IMG/VR virus record: IMGVR_UViG_3300008108_002889
Span: 45,141-109,140 of that record
Length of the DNA stretch: 64,000 nucleotides
DNA from: a virus
Strand: one strand, 5' to 3'
Shown piece after piece: positions 10,775 through 19,855 of this stretch. How positions within the stretch are numbered: position 1 is the first letter of the stretch; each line of letters opens with the position of its first letter. The notes under the pieces are model-generated. The model saw only the letters and a list, made by a program, of their open reading frames with translations, was not told the DNA's origin and ran no database searches. The position numbers and the translations under genes were made by a program.

Positions 10775-11011
10775 TTAATTTGACTCAGCAGTTTGTTGCT
10801 GTGCCTGTGCTTGAACGGCAGTTAAAAACTTGTTGAGCTTGTCGTATAAAACGCCTACGCTGGAAAGTTCTTCACCTTTAAATGCACCTCGTGTAGTGAC
10901 TACATCGATTAAATTTTTAATAGCGGCTAAATCAGAGATTGTTAATTCTGGATTAGCAGCCGGTGCTTGTGGTACTTCAGTTTGATCTACTGCTTGAGCT
11001 TCGTCAGTCAT
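10775..11011 (-). CDS. Small hypothetical protein (paralog of next gene)
   Basis: LTISDLAAIKNLIDVVTTRGAFK. Confidence 0.75.
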   Translation of the reverse strand: MTDEAQAVDQTEVPQAPAANPELTISDLAAIKNLIDVVTTRGAFKGEELSSVGVLYDKLNKFLTAVQAQAQQQTAESN

Positions 11012-11223
11012 TATTTGACTCCTTGTGGTTGTTTAGAAATTGTATCTAAAAAGCTGGTTAGCTTATTGTATGCTTGTCCAACTGCAACCATTTCATTTGG
11101 CTTAAATGCGCCTCTAGACGAAGCAACATCAATAATACTTTTAAGTGCTGCCAAATCATTGAGTGTCAGTTGTGCAGACTCAGCTGGTGTATTGTTTTCT
11201 ACATTAGTAACTTCTTCAGTCAT
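11011..11223 (-). CDS. Small hypothetical protein (paralog of previous gene)
   Basis: LTLNDLAALKSIIDVASSRGAFK; AAGGAG RBS. Confidence 0.75.
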   Translation of the reverse strand: MTEEVTNVENNTPAESAQLTLNDLAALKSIIDVASSRGAFKPNEMVAVGQAYNKLTSFLDTISKQPQGVK

Positions 11224-11265
11224 GATATCTCCTTACATCAATTATATATGCTTATAATTTATCTA

Positions 11266-11544
11266 TTAAGTTAAATGTGGACAGGCAAGTCTGAAAAAAC
11301 TGAGTTCTTTTTCTTGCTCAAATCCAACTTTAGTAGTGAATACTATTGTATTGTCAATCAAGTCAATTGATTGCCCTACATAGTATCTTCCGTTAAGATT
11401 ATGATATATCCACGTGTCTAGCATCTTCACAACAGTTGGTGTATATCTATTGTGTGCAGTATAGTGAAAATGATGGGCTGGGAAGTTAACCTTCCGCAAG
11501 CCCAGAGCATTAAGTGGATTTACTTTACCGTTTTTTAGTGCCAT
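11266..11544 (-). CDS. Hypothetical protein
   Basis: Translationally coupled to the vWA gene (TAATG). Confidence 0.65.
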   Translation of the reverse strand: MALKNGKVNPLNALGLRKVNFPAHHFHYTAHNRYTPTVVKMLDTWIYHNLNGRYYVGQSIDLIDNTIVFTTKVGFEQEKELSFFRLACPHLT

Positions 11545-12713
11545 TAATTTTTTGACTCGTAGTAGGCATAAGCGCCAAATGGCGGTACAATTTTATCATT
11601 GCCATGGATAATGAATACAGTATCACAGTAATTTTCATCACCCCAGCTACCCCAAGGATAACCGTCTGTAAACATGATAAACTTTTTAGGACTGATATCG
11701 TGCTCTTTCATATAGTCCCAGTTTGCATCAAATTCAGTACCACCACCGCCCATTACTTCATATTCCATAATGTCGTCGCCGTAGCCGTCAAAGTCTTGTT
11801 CATTGTAGACTTTGGTATCAAAGCACCACAGTTTAATCTTATAGTCTTTGTACTCGTCCATAATGCCTTTGATTTCTGAAATAAAATCTTTAGCTTGGTC
11901 ATCGCCGATTGATCCACTCATATCAATAGCAATACAAATGTCAATAGTTTCATCGTAGTTAGTGCCTGGCAAAATAGCATTCATGTGCCATGCTTTACGA
12001 TTAGGACGCATAAAGGTATAGTCATTCTTGATAGTACTTTGAATTTGCTGGCGAAGAATTTCACGCCAATTCATTTTAGGCTCAGTCAATTCGCGGATCA
12101 TGCGTTGGATCTCTGCAGGAGTATTTCCTGCACCCGCTGCCTGAGCAGCCTGCATCATCTGCTCTTTAATTTCGTCACGGATCTTTTTAAGTTCATCTTT
12201 GCTGTATTGTGGGCGACCATCCTTGCCGTCTTTTTCCCAATCAATGTGTTCGTCTAACAGTTGACCCAGTGCGGCAAGTTCTTGCTCGTCCAAGTCGTTA
12301 TAGATCTCGTCATAGATCTGTTCTGTACTTTTACCATAGTGTTTAGGATCATGGAAAATTTTAATACCTTTAGGACTGTCGCCAATGCGATCACGAACAA
12401 GGGTACCGTTAACACTATAATCTGCGGCCGCATTCCAAATGCGAGGATCGCGTCCTTCAACTCGCATCATATGCTCAAATACATTGTGAAGAATTTCATG
12501 AGCTACTACGAACTCAACTTCTTTAACGCTCATCTTTTCAAAAAACTCGCGATTAAAATACAAGTGGCGTCCGTCTGTAGCGGCAGTCATACACCAATCA
12601 CTGGCTTCCTCAATTTTAAGACGAGTAGCCATGTTGCCAAAGAACGGATGACGAAGTAGCAGTCCTACACGGGCTACTACAATTTTGTCAATAACTGGAT
12701 CTAGTTGAGTCAT
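11544..12713 (-). CDS. Metallopeptidase-like (HExxH) plus vWA domain protein (DUF2201-type)
   Basis: AATDG, AHEILH, MIDAS DMSGS, GGGT.F, FTDG. Confidence 0.85.
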   Translation of the reverse strand: MTQLDPVIDKIVVARVGLLLRHPFFGNMATRLKIEEASDWCMTAATDGRHLYFNREFFEKMSVKEVEFVVAHEILHNVFEHMMRVEGRDPRIWNAAADYSVNGTLVRDRIGDSPKGIKIFHDPKHYGKSTEQIYDEIYNDLDEQELAALGQLLDEHIDWEKDGKDGRPQYSKDELKKIRDEIKEQMMQAAQAAGAGNTPAEIQRMIRELTEPKMNWREILRQQIQSTIKNDYTFMRPNRKAWHMNAILPGTNYDETIDICIAIDMSGSIGDDQAKDFISEIKGIMDEYKDYKIKLWCFDTKVYNEQDFDGYGDDIMEYEVMGGGGTEFDANWDYMKEHDISPKKFIMFTDGYPWGSWGDENYCDTVFIIHGNDKIVPPFGAYAYYESKN

Positions 12714-12739
12714 AATTTGCTCCTGTTTATACAGTATAT

Positions 12740-12768
12740 ATTATAACAGGACCCGAAGGTCCTGTCAA
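12740..12768 (-). promoter_or_regulatory. Consensus sigma70-type promoter overlapping a UUCG hairpin
   Basis: TTGACA-N17-TATAAT on - strand; inverted repeat ACAGGACC-TTCG-GGTCCTGT at 12746-12765. Confidence 0.8.
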
Positions 12769-12785
12769 ATGGTACCACAACCAAA

Positions 12786-13877
12786 TTAACGCTTTTCAGT
12801 AGCGGCAGCAATGAAGCGACCGTATTTGGCATGGAAGTCATCAAAGCATTTGATCTCATCTGGATCCAAAGGCAATTGATATTGAGTAAGTGCAAGTTTA
12901 GTACCCATAACAACCAATTCAGTTTCAAAGTTATTCATCATAAATTCGAAGAAGTAGTTAACTTGGTCATTCCAATCTTTGGCATTCTTATCTGCAGAAT
13001 CTTTCAATTCGTAGCATAGGCTAACAGTCAAAGAGTACATGGCACTAATTTCTTTAGTGTCCATCTTCTTTACCTTGCCTTTTAAGATGTGAGTAGGATC
13101 AGGCAGCTTACTTGCAATCTTGCGGTGAGCCATGAACTTAACAGCAAGACCTTCACCAACTGCACCTGCTACCAAGTCAGTCAAAGTGCCTTCGTCTTCA
13201 TCGTCATCAAACAACAGCTCGGATACAAAGGTCCATGAACGGGGAGTAGCAAAGGCACGTGAAGCAGCCTTTGGGTCAAAGTCGTAGAGGTCTTTCTTGC
13301 TGAAAGTAAGGAAGCCAACAACATCCTTGTGGATACGATTGTCAGTAGCCCACTGGAAGTAATCTTCCCAGTCTACTTTCATTTCCAAGTGAACAAAGCG
13401 GTTAGCCAACGGAGCAGGCATACGATAAGTAACACCTTTGTCAGTTTCACGGTTACCTGCGGCAACGATGAGCACGTTGTCAGGCAAGCGGTAAGTACCA
13501 ACACGACGATTCAACACTAACTGATAGGCCGCCGCCTGCACAGCAGGAGCCGCAGAGTTCATTTCGTCCATGAACAAAATGATCTTGTCATGTTTTGCTG
13601 CCAACTCTGCATCTGGCAATTCGATAGGAGGAGCCCATTCCATACGATTGGACTCAGAATTAAAATAGGGGATACCTTTAATGTCAGTGGGTTCCCAAAG
13701 ACTCAAACGGATATCAATTACATGAGCGTCGAGTTCCTCGCCCATTTGTTTGACAATATCAGACTTGCCAATACCCGGGGGGCCCCAAAGGAACAACGGA
13801 CGATTGGCTTTAAAGGCACGACGCAGACTCTTTTTTGCGGCCTTTGGGCCAACGGTACGTGAACTAATCTCGCTCAT
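12786..13877 (-). CDS. MoxR-like AAA+ ATPase
   Basis: Walker A GPPGIGKS, Walker B LFMDE, AAGNR, PLANRF. Confidence 0.9.
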   Translation of the reverse strand: MSEISSRTVGPKAAKKSLRRAFKANRPLFLWGPPGIGKSDIVKQMGEELDAHVIDIRLSLWEPTDIKGIPYFNSESNRMEWAPPIELPDAELAAKHDKIILFMDEMNSAAPAVQAAAYQLVLNRRVGTYRLPDNVLIVAAGNRETDKGVTYRMPAPLANRFVHLEMKVDWEDYFQWATDNRIHKDVVGFLTFSKKDLYDFDPKAASRAFATPRSWTFVSELLFDDDEDEGTLTDLVAGAVGEGLAVKFMAHRKIASKLPDPTHILKGKVKKMDTKEISAMYSLTVSLCYELKDSADKNAKDWNDQVNYFFEFMMNNFETELVVMGTKLALTQYQLPLDPDEIKCFDDFHAKYGRFIAAATEKR

Positions 13878-13930
13878 AAAAACTCCTAGTTAGGTTAAAA
13901 ACTTTATAGAACTAACTGTTCTATGTATCT

Positions 13931-13959
13931 ATTATACTGCCGTTGCATCTAGTTGTCAA
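13931..13959 (-). promoter_or_regulatory. Consensus sigma70-type (early) promoter
   Basis: TTGACA-N17-TATAAT upstream of the AAA gene. Confidence 0.85.
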
Positions 13960-13975
13960 CGCCTTTTTGGAGTTT

Positions 13976-14374
13976 TTAGTCAGTTTGGGCGATATCTTTT
14001 TGATTGTTTATAGCTTTGATTAGCCCGTATTTTCGAATGTCGTCCGAAAACATATATAGCTCAAATGCCTTTTTCTCGTTGAAAACGGTAAGACTTTGAT
14101 TGGTTAAAAAATAAGGACTGTCCAAAAACTGATCAAAAAATATTATAGTTTGAGGACTCAGTTCAATTTTTTCGTTAAATGGAATTTCGTATTCTTTTAG
14201 ATTTAGTTCGCTCACTATGAATTCGTAGCCTTCTAAACTTAAACGTAACCCGCCACCCTCTTTGGTTCGTTTACTTTGCCACCATTTGTGAAGATGCAGC
14301 CGTACATTTGCTTCGTCCGTACTACGACTCATCTCCTTAAGGAAAATTTTAGTAAATGTTTCTCTAGATATCAT
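13976..14374 (-). CDS. Hypothetical protein
   Basis: ORF coupled to the upstream gene (ATGA). Confidence 0.65.
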   Translation of the reverse strand: MISRETFTKIFLKEMSRSTDEANVRLHLHKWWQSKRTKEGGGLRLSLEGYEFIVSELNLKEYEIPFNEKIELSPQTIIFFDQFLDSPYFLTNQSLTVFNEKKAFELYMFSDDIRKYGLIKAINNQKDIAQTD

Positions 14375-14655
14375 TTAAGTATTTCACCAGCAGTCAGTTT
14401 GACCACTTGGAAATCGTCACTGTTAAACATTCTATTCAGCTTCTTGGCTAGATTAATAGCATGTCCAGGATTGGAGAAACTTACTTTTTTGTATTTTGGT
14501 CCAGGATAGCTGGTGAGGCTATTAAAGCTTTTGAGATTAAATGGCTGATTTTTGTAAAACACAGCCCATATAGCTTCTGAATCTAATACTTGTTCTGTCT
14601 TATACGTTTTTTTATTTGTATATTCGAGCAAAACTTTTGGTTTTGGCCTACTCAT
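14371..14655 (-). CDS. Hypothetical protein
   Basis: ORF with RBS, downstream of a TAAATA motif. Confidence 0.7.
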   Translation of the reverse strand: MSRPKPKVLLEYTNKKTYKTEQVLDSEAIWAVFYKNQPFNLKSFNSLTSYPGPKYKKVSFSNPGHAINLAKKLNRMFNSDDFQVVKLTAGEILK

Positions 14656-14657
14656 GT

Positions 14658-14689
14658 TATATGCGTCCTTTTAACTACGCATATATTTA
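14658..14689 (-). promoter_or_regulatory. TAAATA late-type promoter with RBS-overlapping hairpin
   Basis: - strand TAAATATATGCGT-AGTTAAAAGG-ACGCATATA-AC-ATG. Confidence 0.6.
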
Positions 14690-14700
14690 TCCGTTTTTAG

Positions 14701-14934
14701 TTATAGACCGCCACCGTCTAGCTTAATTACAATTTCCTCGGATTGAGCAGCCTGCATTTTATTCAGTAATCCGTCGTAATTTTCTAGTAGTTTAGCACTT
14801 ACTTCTGCCAGACAAAGTGCCAATAGTTTAGCATTTTTAATATCTAGCTTTATTTCACGTTGCTGTCCTAGTTCAGCGGCCTTTACCTGCTGTATAAACT
14901 GCTGAATAGGAATAGTATTAATCGGATCTGGCAT
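14701..14934 (-). CDS. Hypothetical protein
   Basis: ORF in operon. Confidence 0.6.
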   Translation of the reverse strand: MPDPINTIPIQQFIQQVKAAELGQQREIKLDIKNAKLLALCLAEVSAKLLENYDGLLNKMQAAQSEEIVIKLDGGGL

Positions 14935-15397
14935 TTGATAGCACCTGTTTCATTTCTAATTCTGTTTTAAACGGACCTTTGTTTTCGTAACGTTCAATAG
15001 TAATTAGCTTTGGACAGAAGCTCTTAACCCAGCCTTTATCAAATCTAATTACATAGTATCCTGCACAGTAAAGACTTTTACTATCCGGACTCTTTGTAAA
15101 CAACGGTAACTTCTTTTGAACATTAAACATTGGATTGTAAGGATGGCAGCTAGTCGGATAACTGTAAACATCTCTTACTACCTCGTTACTCATGGTAGTT
15201 TTAATCTTTGCTTGAAAAAAATCCTTACCAAATGCTTTGATAATTTCTTCCTTTTTACCAAAGAAACTTGAACCATCTTTGCTACTCAAAACAAATCTAT
15301 TATTTTCTTTTTTAGATAGCGTACCGATCTTTTCACCGTTTTGTTCAACGATCCAAAATTTTCCATCTACAATAGGTTTAGCTTGAAATTCTGTCAT
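14918..15397 (-). CDS. Hypothetical protein
   Basis: Start re-called at MTEFQAK behind AAGGA. Confidence 0.65.
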   Translation of the reverse strand: MTEFQAKPIVDGKFWIVEQNGEKIGTLSKKENNRFVLSSKDGSSFFGKKEEIIKAFGKDFFQAKIKTTMSNEVVRDVYSYPTSCHPYNPMFNVQKKLPLFTKSPDSKSLYCAGYYVIRFDKGWVKSFCPKLITIERYENKGPFKTELEMKQVLSNARSD

Positions 15398-15401
15398 TGT
15401 G

Positions 15402-16367
15402 TTATTCCTTGTATTTTGCCTGTAGGGGTTCTGCATATTGCTGAATACTATCCATCATTCTTTTCATATCATATAGCTGACAGAACTTAAGAAGACGTAT
15501 GCCTACTTGATCAACGGTTTTAGTTTTACTATTTTCAGTAATAGTCTCTTTAATAATAGATTTAATATGATCCGGTTGATGCTTTAAATCAATTAGTCGA
15601 CGATTGCGTTCATAGTCGTCGAGCACACGGTGTTCTTCACCTTCGTGGTCGACCCAACGTTGCAACATCATGTTGTTCCACGCGAAGCCTTTATTGGTTC
15701 TATCGTTAAATGCTTCTTGTAATTTATTTTTACGTACTTTAGGGTATGCTGAAAAGACGTTATCACTGCTATCGCCTCGCATACATTTTTCAAATAAGAT
15801 CCATTCTGGATTAGGAATGTCTTTAGGCTCTTTAGTTTTTGTATCAACTACTAGTTTGCCTTTCTTATCAAATATGCCTTCAATAGTAGTAAGTGTCTCT
15901 GCTACACCGTTGTACTGCTTAACATTAGGTGCGATCAGCTGATGAAAGTCGCTGTCTGTTGAGATAATCACATGATCATCATTGGGATGATCGGCAATCC
16001 AACCAGCAATAAGATCATCTGCTTCTAACACTGAATTTTGAAGTACAGTAGAGTTAGTCTTATTGATAACAAAATCTTTGAACGCATCAAACGTTTCCCA
16101 GAATAATTTATCTTCTTCTTGTTCCTTAACCGTCATTGCCGCACGAGTTTCTGCTCGATTAGCTTTGTAAGGCTTGTAGTAGTCTTTGCGCCACGACCGA
16201 CCTTCAAGACAGAACACAACATGACTACCATTAAAGTCTTGCCAAGCTTTCTTAATACTGTTGAATGTAATATGTAAGGCCATGCCTAACTTAATGTCAG
16301 CATCACCACGAATAACGTGACGAGCACGAAAGAATGTATTAGCTGTGTCTACTAAAATATATGTCAT
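15402..16367 (-). CDS. rnh: T4 RNase H-like 5'-3' exonuclease/flap nuclease
   Basis: LVDTAN, YKANR, EADDLI, STDSDFHQL, GDSSDNV. Confidence 0.85.
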   Translation of the reverse strand: MTYILVDTANTFFRARHVIRGDADIKLGMALHITFNSIKKAWQDFNGSHVVFCLEGRSWRKDYYKPYKANRAETRAAMTVKEQEEDKLFWETFDAFKDFVINKTNSTVLQNSVLEADDLIAGWIADHPNDDHVIISTDSDFHQLIAPNVKQYNGVAETLTTIEGIFDKKGKLVVDTKTKEPKDIPNPEWILFEKCMRGDSSDNVFSAYPKVRKNKLQEAFNDRTNKGFAWNNMMLQRWVDHEGEEHRVLDDYERNRRLIDLKHQPDHIKSIIKETITENSKTKTVDQVGIRLLKFCQLYDMKRMMDSIQQYAEPLQAKYKE

Positions 16368-16813
16368 GAAACCTCTGATTTGCCTTTTGAAATTGGAATA
16401 ACATTTATAAATCCTGCGCCACGAGTAGTGTCTTGACCTTCCTCACCTAAAATGTTTCTAGCCAAATCTCTAAACCAACGATCTACAATTTCTTCATCCG
16501 GATCACCGTCAAAGCCGTATCCAGCCTGTTTCAATTGTAACACAAACTCTGCATTCCAGTCAAGCTCAAAAAAGCCGTTGCGAATATTGTCTTTGTTTAC
16601 ATGGGTGTCTAACACCGCCACCCAAGGTTCGCCTTTGGCAGTAGCACGTTCTTTAGGTGTAAGTTTAGCCAGTTCTTCTTCTTTAAGAGCTTTCTGAAGC
16701 GATGCTTCTACTTCTTGTTTAGATTTTTCTGCCTCTTCAAGTTTTTGACGAGCAACGACAACAGCTTCTTCTAATTGGTCAAGACCAAATATTTTTCTTA
16801 ATAAGTTTTTCAT
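16364..16813 (-). CDS. Hypothetical protein
   Basis: Coiled-coil N-terminus, FFELDWN core; start re-called at MKNLL. Confidence 0.65.
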   Translation of the reverse strand: MKNLLRKIFGLDQLEEAVVVARQKLEEAEKSKQEVEASLQKALKEEELAKLTPKERATAKGEPWVAVLDTHVNKDNIRNGFFELDWNAEFVLQLKQAGYGFDGDPDEEIVDRWFRDLARNILGEEGQDTTRGAGFINVIPISKGKSEVS

Positions 16814-17685
16814 TATTTCCCCCATCCGTTACCCCATAAGTCAACGTGTAAACGTGGACTATAGTAGTAACCTCTTTTTAATGCTTCATCTGCAATGTGT
16901 ATTCTATTGTTGTCATAAACACTGACAACTCCGCCTACTGGCATAAGATACACAGGCCCTCTAAATCCTGCACGTCTATAAACCCCAACTGCACGATCTA
17001 CTTCTTCTAAATCTTCTAGTGTAGACACTACAAATTTAAGATACACAAAACCCACTTCCTGATAGTCAATAATTACTTCAGGCTTAATAGTATCATTCCA
17101 GTCTTCACCACTGGCACTTAATTTTGGACTTACACTAAAGGTAACTTCTCTACCTGTATGCTCATTCCAATTCCATGCAATGAATACCTTTAACTGCTCA
17201 TAGAGCTTTTGAGTGCCATTAGTTTCAAAAGTTACATTCCATAGATCCTGCATAAGAGGATTCTTTAATAATGGAGTATATAACTGTTGCCATCCTAGCA
17301 ACGGCTCTCCGCCAGTGATAACTAAATGAACATCATTACCGTTGTCCTGTGTCCAGCGTTTGTTAGGTGTAAGATCTAACATTTTGCCTATACATTCATC
17401 TAATGAATAGTAAGGACTTAAATCCTTAAATGCTGGATGCCAGCTGGCATAGCTGTCACAGCCTGTAGTTACCAACGGCAGCTCTTCAAAAGTTTTCCAT
17501 TTGTTAAAAGAAATCTGTTGCTCTGCTACAGCATCTGCTTCAGTAGTTAACTGGCCTTTAGGCATGCCAAATCCAGCACACTTAAAGTTACATCCAAATG
17601 TACGCAAGAAAACAGAAGGGACACCTACAAAGCGTCCTTCTCCTTGCGCCGAATAAAACATTTCACTTACTTTGATCTTTTCCAT
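16813..17685 (-). CDS. queE: 7-carboxy-7-deazaguanine synthase (radical SAM)
   Basis: E.FYSAQGEG, FLRTFGCNFKC...(insertion)...GCDS, ITGGEPL, ETNGT, SVSPKL, PRLHV.LWG. Confidence 0.85.
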   Translation of the reverse strand: MEKIKVSEMFYSAQGEGRFVGVPSVFLRTFGCNFKCAGFGMPKGQLTTEADAVAEQQISFNKWKTFEELPLVTTGCDSYASWHPAFKDLSPYYSLDECIGKMLDLTPNKRWTQDNGNDVHLVITGGEPLLGWQQLYTPLLKNPLMQDLWNVTFETNGTQKLYEQLKVFIAWNWNEHTGREVTFSVSPKLSASGEDWNDTIKPEVIIDYQEVGFVYLKFVVSTLEDLEEVDRAVGVYRRAGFRGPVYLMPVGGVVSVYDNNRIHIADEALKRGYYYSPRLHVDLWGNGWGK

Positions 17686-18013
17686 GTTTGTTCCTCAATT
17701 CTTCTACGTCCTTTACTGCTAATTGTAACACATTTGCATAGTTAAGAGCAACCTGTTTACGCATAATAATACAAGTTTCGAGCTCAGTATATCCTTTGGT
17801 TAATAGATTCCAAATGTGCCGCCATCGAGATTTGGACCAAAAGTTTGTTCTAGTTTTTGTGTAAATGGTTACATTAACACCTGTGTCTTCTGCTTCAATG
17901 TCAATTGTATGTGTACAGTCGTCGTTGGCACACTCACATACTGCTTTATACATCTTTGATGTGCCCCAGTCGGTGACCAGTAGCACACCCTGTGCTGGGG
18001 TCTGTGGATTCAT
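17663..18013 (-). CDS. Hypothetical protein (CxC...H, possible metal binding)
   Basis: VCECANDDCTH. Confidence 0.6.
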   Translation of the reverse strand: MNPQTPAQGVLLVTDWGTSKMYKAVCECANDDCTHTIDIEAEDTGVNVTIYTKTRTNFWSKSRWRHIWNLLTKGYTELETCIIMRKQVALNYANVLQLAVKDVEELRNKHGKDQSK

Positions 18014-18300
18014 AATTTTAATTGTTCCATTGTTGCAATTTTACTAATTCTATCACCAAAGTCTTGATCGTTAGTAATAATGTAAGTAGTAGAATCATTG
18101 CGATCACTCCTGCGATCATAACGTCTAAACTCTACAACTTTCCCGCCTACAGCACTAAACACCTTAAAGTGTAAGATAGGGTCGTCACAGACTACGTCAC
18201 ATTCGTCTCTACCGATTAATCGAGGAACTTTAGATTGAACTTCTACATAATCTTGACCTTGATGTGCCCACTTGGCTATCAATCTTTTAAACCATTTCAT
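18010..18300 (-). CDS. Hypothetical protein
   Basis: Coupled ORF. Confidence 0.6.
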   Translation of the reverse strand: MKWFKRLIAKWAHQGQDYVEVQSKVPRLIGRDECDVVCDDPILHFKVFSAVGGKVVEFRRYDRRSDRNDSTTYIITNDQDFGDRISKIATMEQLKL

Positions 18301-18536
18301 GCTAACCTTTCACTTAATAATATACGACATAAATTGGCATCTTTTTTTGTTTTAAAAGTAAATGTCATATAGTCTGGATAAGGTTTGTAATAAAACCTTC
18401 CACCGGGCAATCCAAATACTTCTAGTACACTGGCACACGTTTCATTCCACCAATGACTGTTTTGATTGTGCCACTTGACAGTAATTACTTGATCACTAGG
18501 TATATCATTTTGATACCACTCTGGTTTAGTAGGCAT
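18297..18536 (-). CDS. Hypothetical protein
   Basis: Start re-called at MPTKPEWY. Confidence 0.55.
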   Translation of the reverse strand: MPTKPEWYQNDIPSDQVITVKWHNQNSHWWNETCASVLEVFGLPGGRFYYKPYPDYMTFTFKTKKDANLCRILLSERLA

Positions 18537-18546
18537 ATCTATTTTT

Positions 18547-18945
18547 TTATGTTTCTTTTTTGTAGTTACCACGTTCTGGAATAACATGTCTTACGCCTCC
18601 TCTAGGATCTTCCATATCGCCATTGCGTCTAGGAATCATATGTACATGAGGCCACATAACTGTTTGACCACTTGCTTCACCGTAGTTAATACCTACATTA
18701 AAACCGTCCCACTCGCCTAGTTCAACACCTCTACGACCTTCGCGTAGTGCATCATCCATAGCCTGCATTACAATAGTCACTGTATTGTATTTGGGGACAA
18801 ACAATAGATGTCCTTCTGTTACAGGATATTTGTCTCTGTACACAGCAATATGGAAGTCTTCTCGGACAATATCATCCCAAGGTGCTTCGCTGTCGTCTTT
18901 ATCGTCAGGACCGTCAAAAAATTTATCTGTCATTTTTTTATTCAC
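18547..18945 (-). CDS. HIT family nucleotide hydrolase
   Basis: PVTEGHLLFVP, GFNVGIN.GEASGQTV.WPHVHMIPRR.GD. Confidence 0.9.
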   Translation of the reverse strand: MNKKMTDKFFDGPDDKDDSEAPWDDIVREDFHIAVYRDKYPVTEGHLLFVPKYNTVTIVMQAMDDALREGRRGVELGEWDGFNVGINYGEASGQTVMWPHVHMIPRRNGDMEDPRGGVRHVIPERGNYKKET

Positions 18946-19160
18946 TTACATGTTTCTAAAAAATCATCTAACTTTTTAGCGGCTTCATCAAATTCTACAG
19001 CCCATACTTTAGCATAGATAGTATCGTCTTCAATTCGCATATCAAATGGTACGACTCCGTTAAATCTAAAATTATCCGGTACATTGGTGCAAATAGTAAA
19101 CTCTTGCAAGTTCTTTGCACGACTGATAAACTGATCCATTATATCTTTAGCAGTATTCAT
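18942..19160 (-). CDS. Hypothetical protein
   Basis: Coupled ORF. Confidence 0.6.
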   Translation of the reverse strand: MNTAKDIMDQFISRAKNLQEFTICTNVPDNFRFNGVVPFDMRIEDDTIYAKVWAVEFDEAAKKLDDFLETCK

Positions 19161-19669
19161 TATTCTTCCTCAGGTTTTGGAAATGCTGGACTAAATGGCC
19201 ATGATGTACTTGGATTTGGTCTAGGTTTTAATTTAACATTTTCTTCAATAACTTCGCCTGTTAGCTCATCACATAAACTAACTTGGTACGGTGCAATAAT
19301 ATGAACAGCACAGTCTTCTTCTTGCCAATCGTGTTCACCATCGTAGAGCCAACCGGCACCACCTTCATAGTAAAGTTCTTTGAGTTCTTGTTGTTCTAAT
19401 TCTTTAATATCGTCGCTGAATTCCCATTCAACACTGATGCTGTCGTCAAACTCACAGCCCCAACCTACATCTGGTTTGGCATAGGCAACATTGTCACCAT
19501 CCCAGGGAAGATTACAGTCAAGATCCGCTTCAATAAAGCCCTGACCCCAACGATAAGTTTCGTCAATGTTAAACCAACTTACTGTACCATCTGGGTTCTC
19601 ACGAAACATTTCTACATGATAGACAATGCTTTTCTTTTCAAGTGGTTTAATTAAATAAACTTGACTCAT
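19160..19669 (-). CDS. Hypothetical acidic protein
   Basis: Coupled ORF. Confidence 0.7.
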   Translation of the reverse strand: MSQVYLIKPLEKKSIVYHVEMFRENPDGTVSWFNIDETYRWGQGFIEADLDCNLPWDGDNVAYAKPDVGWGCEFDDSISVEWEFSDDIKELEQQELKELYYEGGAGWLYDGEHDWQEEDCAVHIIAPYQVSLCDELTGEVIEENVKLKPRPNPSTSWPFSPAFPKPEEE

Positions 19670-19846
19670 TTAAATTCCCCGGTAAGCATCAAAAATAAGA
19701 GCACCGCCAATTGTAAATCCTACTATAGCAAGTCCATAGTTACCGCTTACTAATGCACTGATTCCAGACAGTATGTTTAGCCCACCAATTGTAAGGCTAA
19801 TTTCTTTTCTGTTACGTCCAACCCATATAAAAAATTTATCCATCAT
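19670..19846 (-). CDS. Small membrane protein (58 aa), absent from ORF track
   Basis: AAGGAG RBS; MMDKFFIWVGRNRKEISLTIGGLNILSGISALVSGNYGLAIVGFTIGGALIFDAYRGI fills the gap exactly. Confidence 0.7.
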   Translation of the reverse strand: MMDKFFIWVGRNRKEISLTIGGLNILSGISALVSGNYGLAIVGFTIGGALIFDAYRGI

Positions 19847-19855
19847 ATTATCTCC

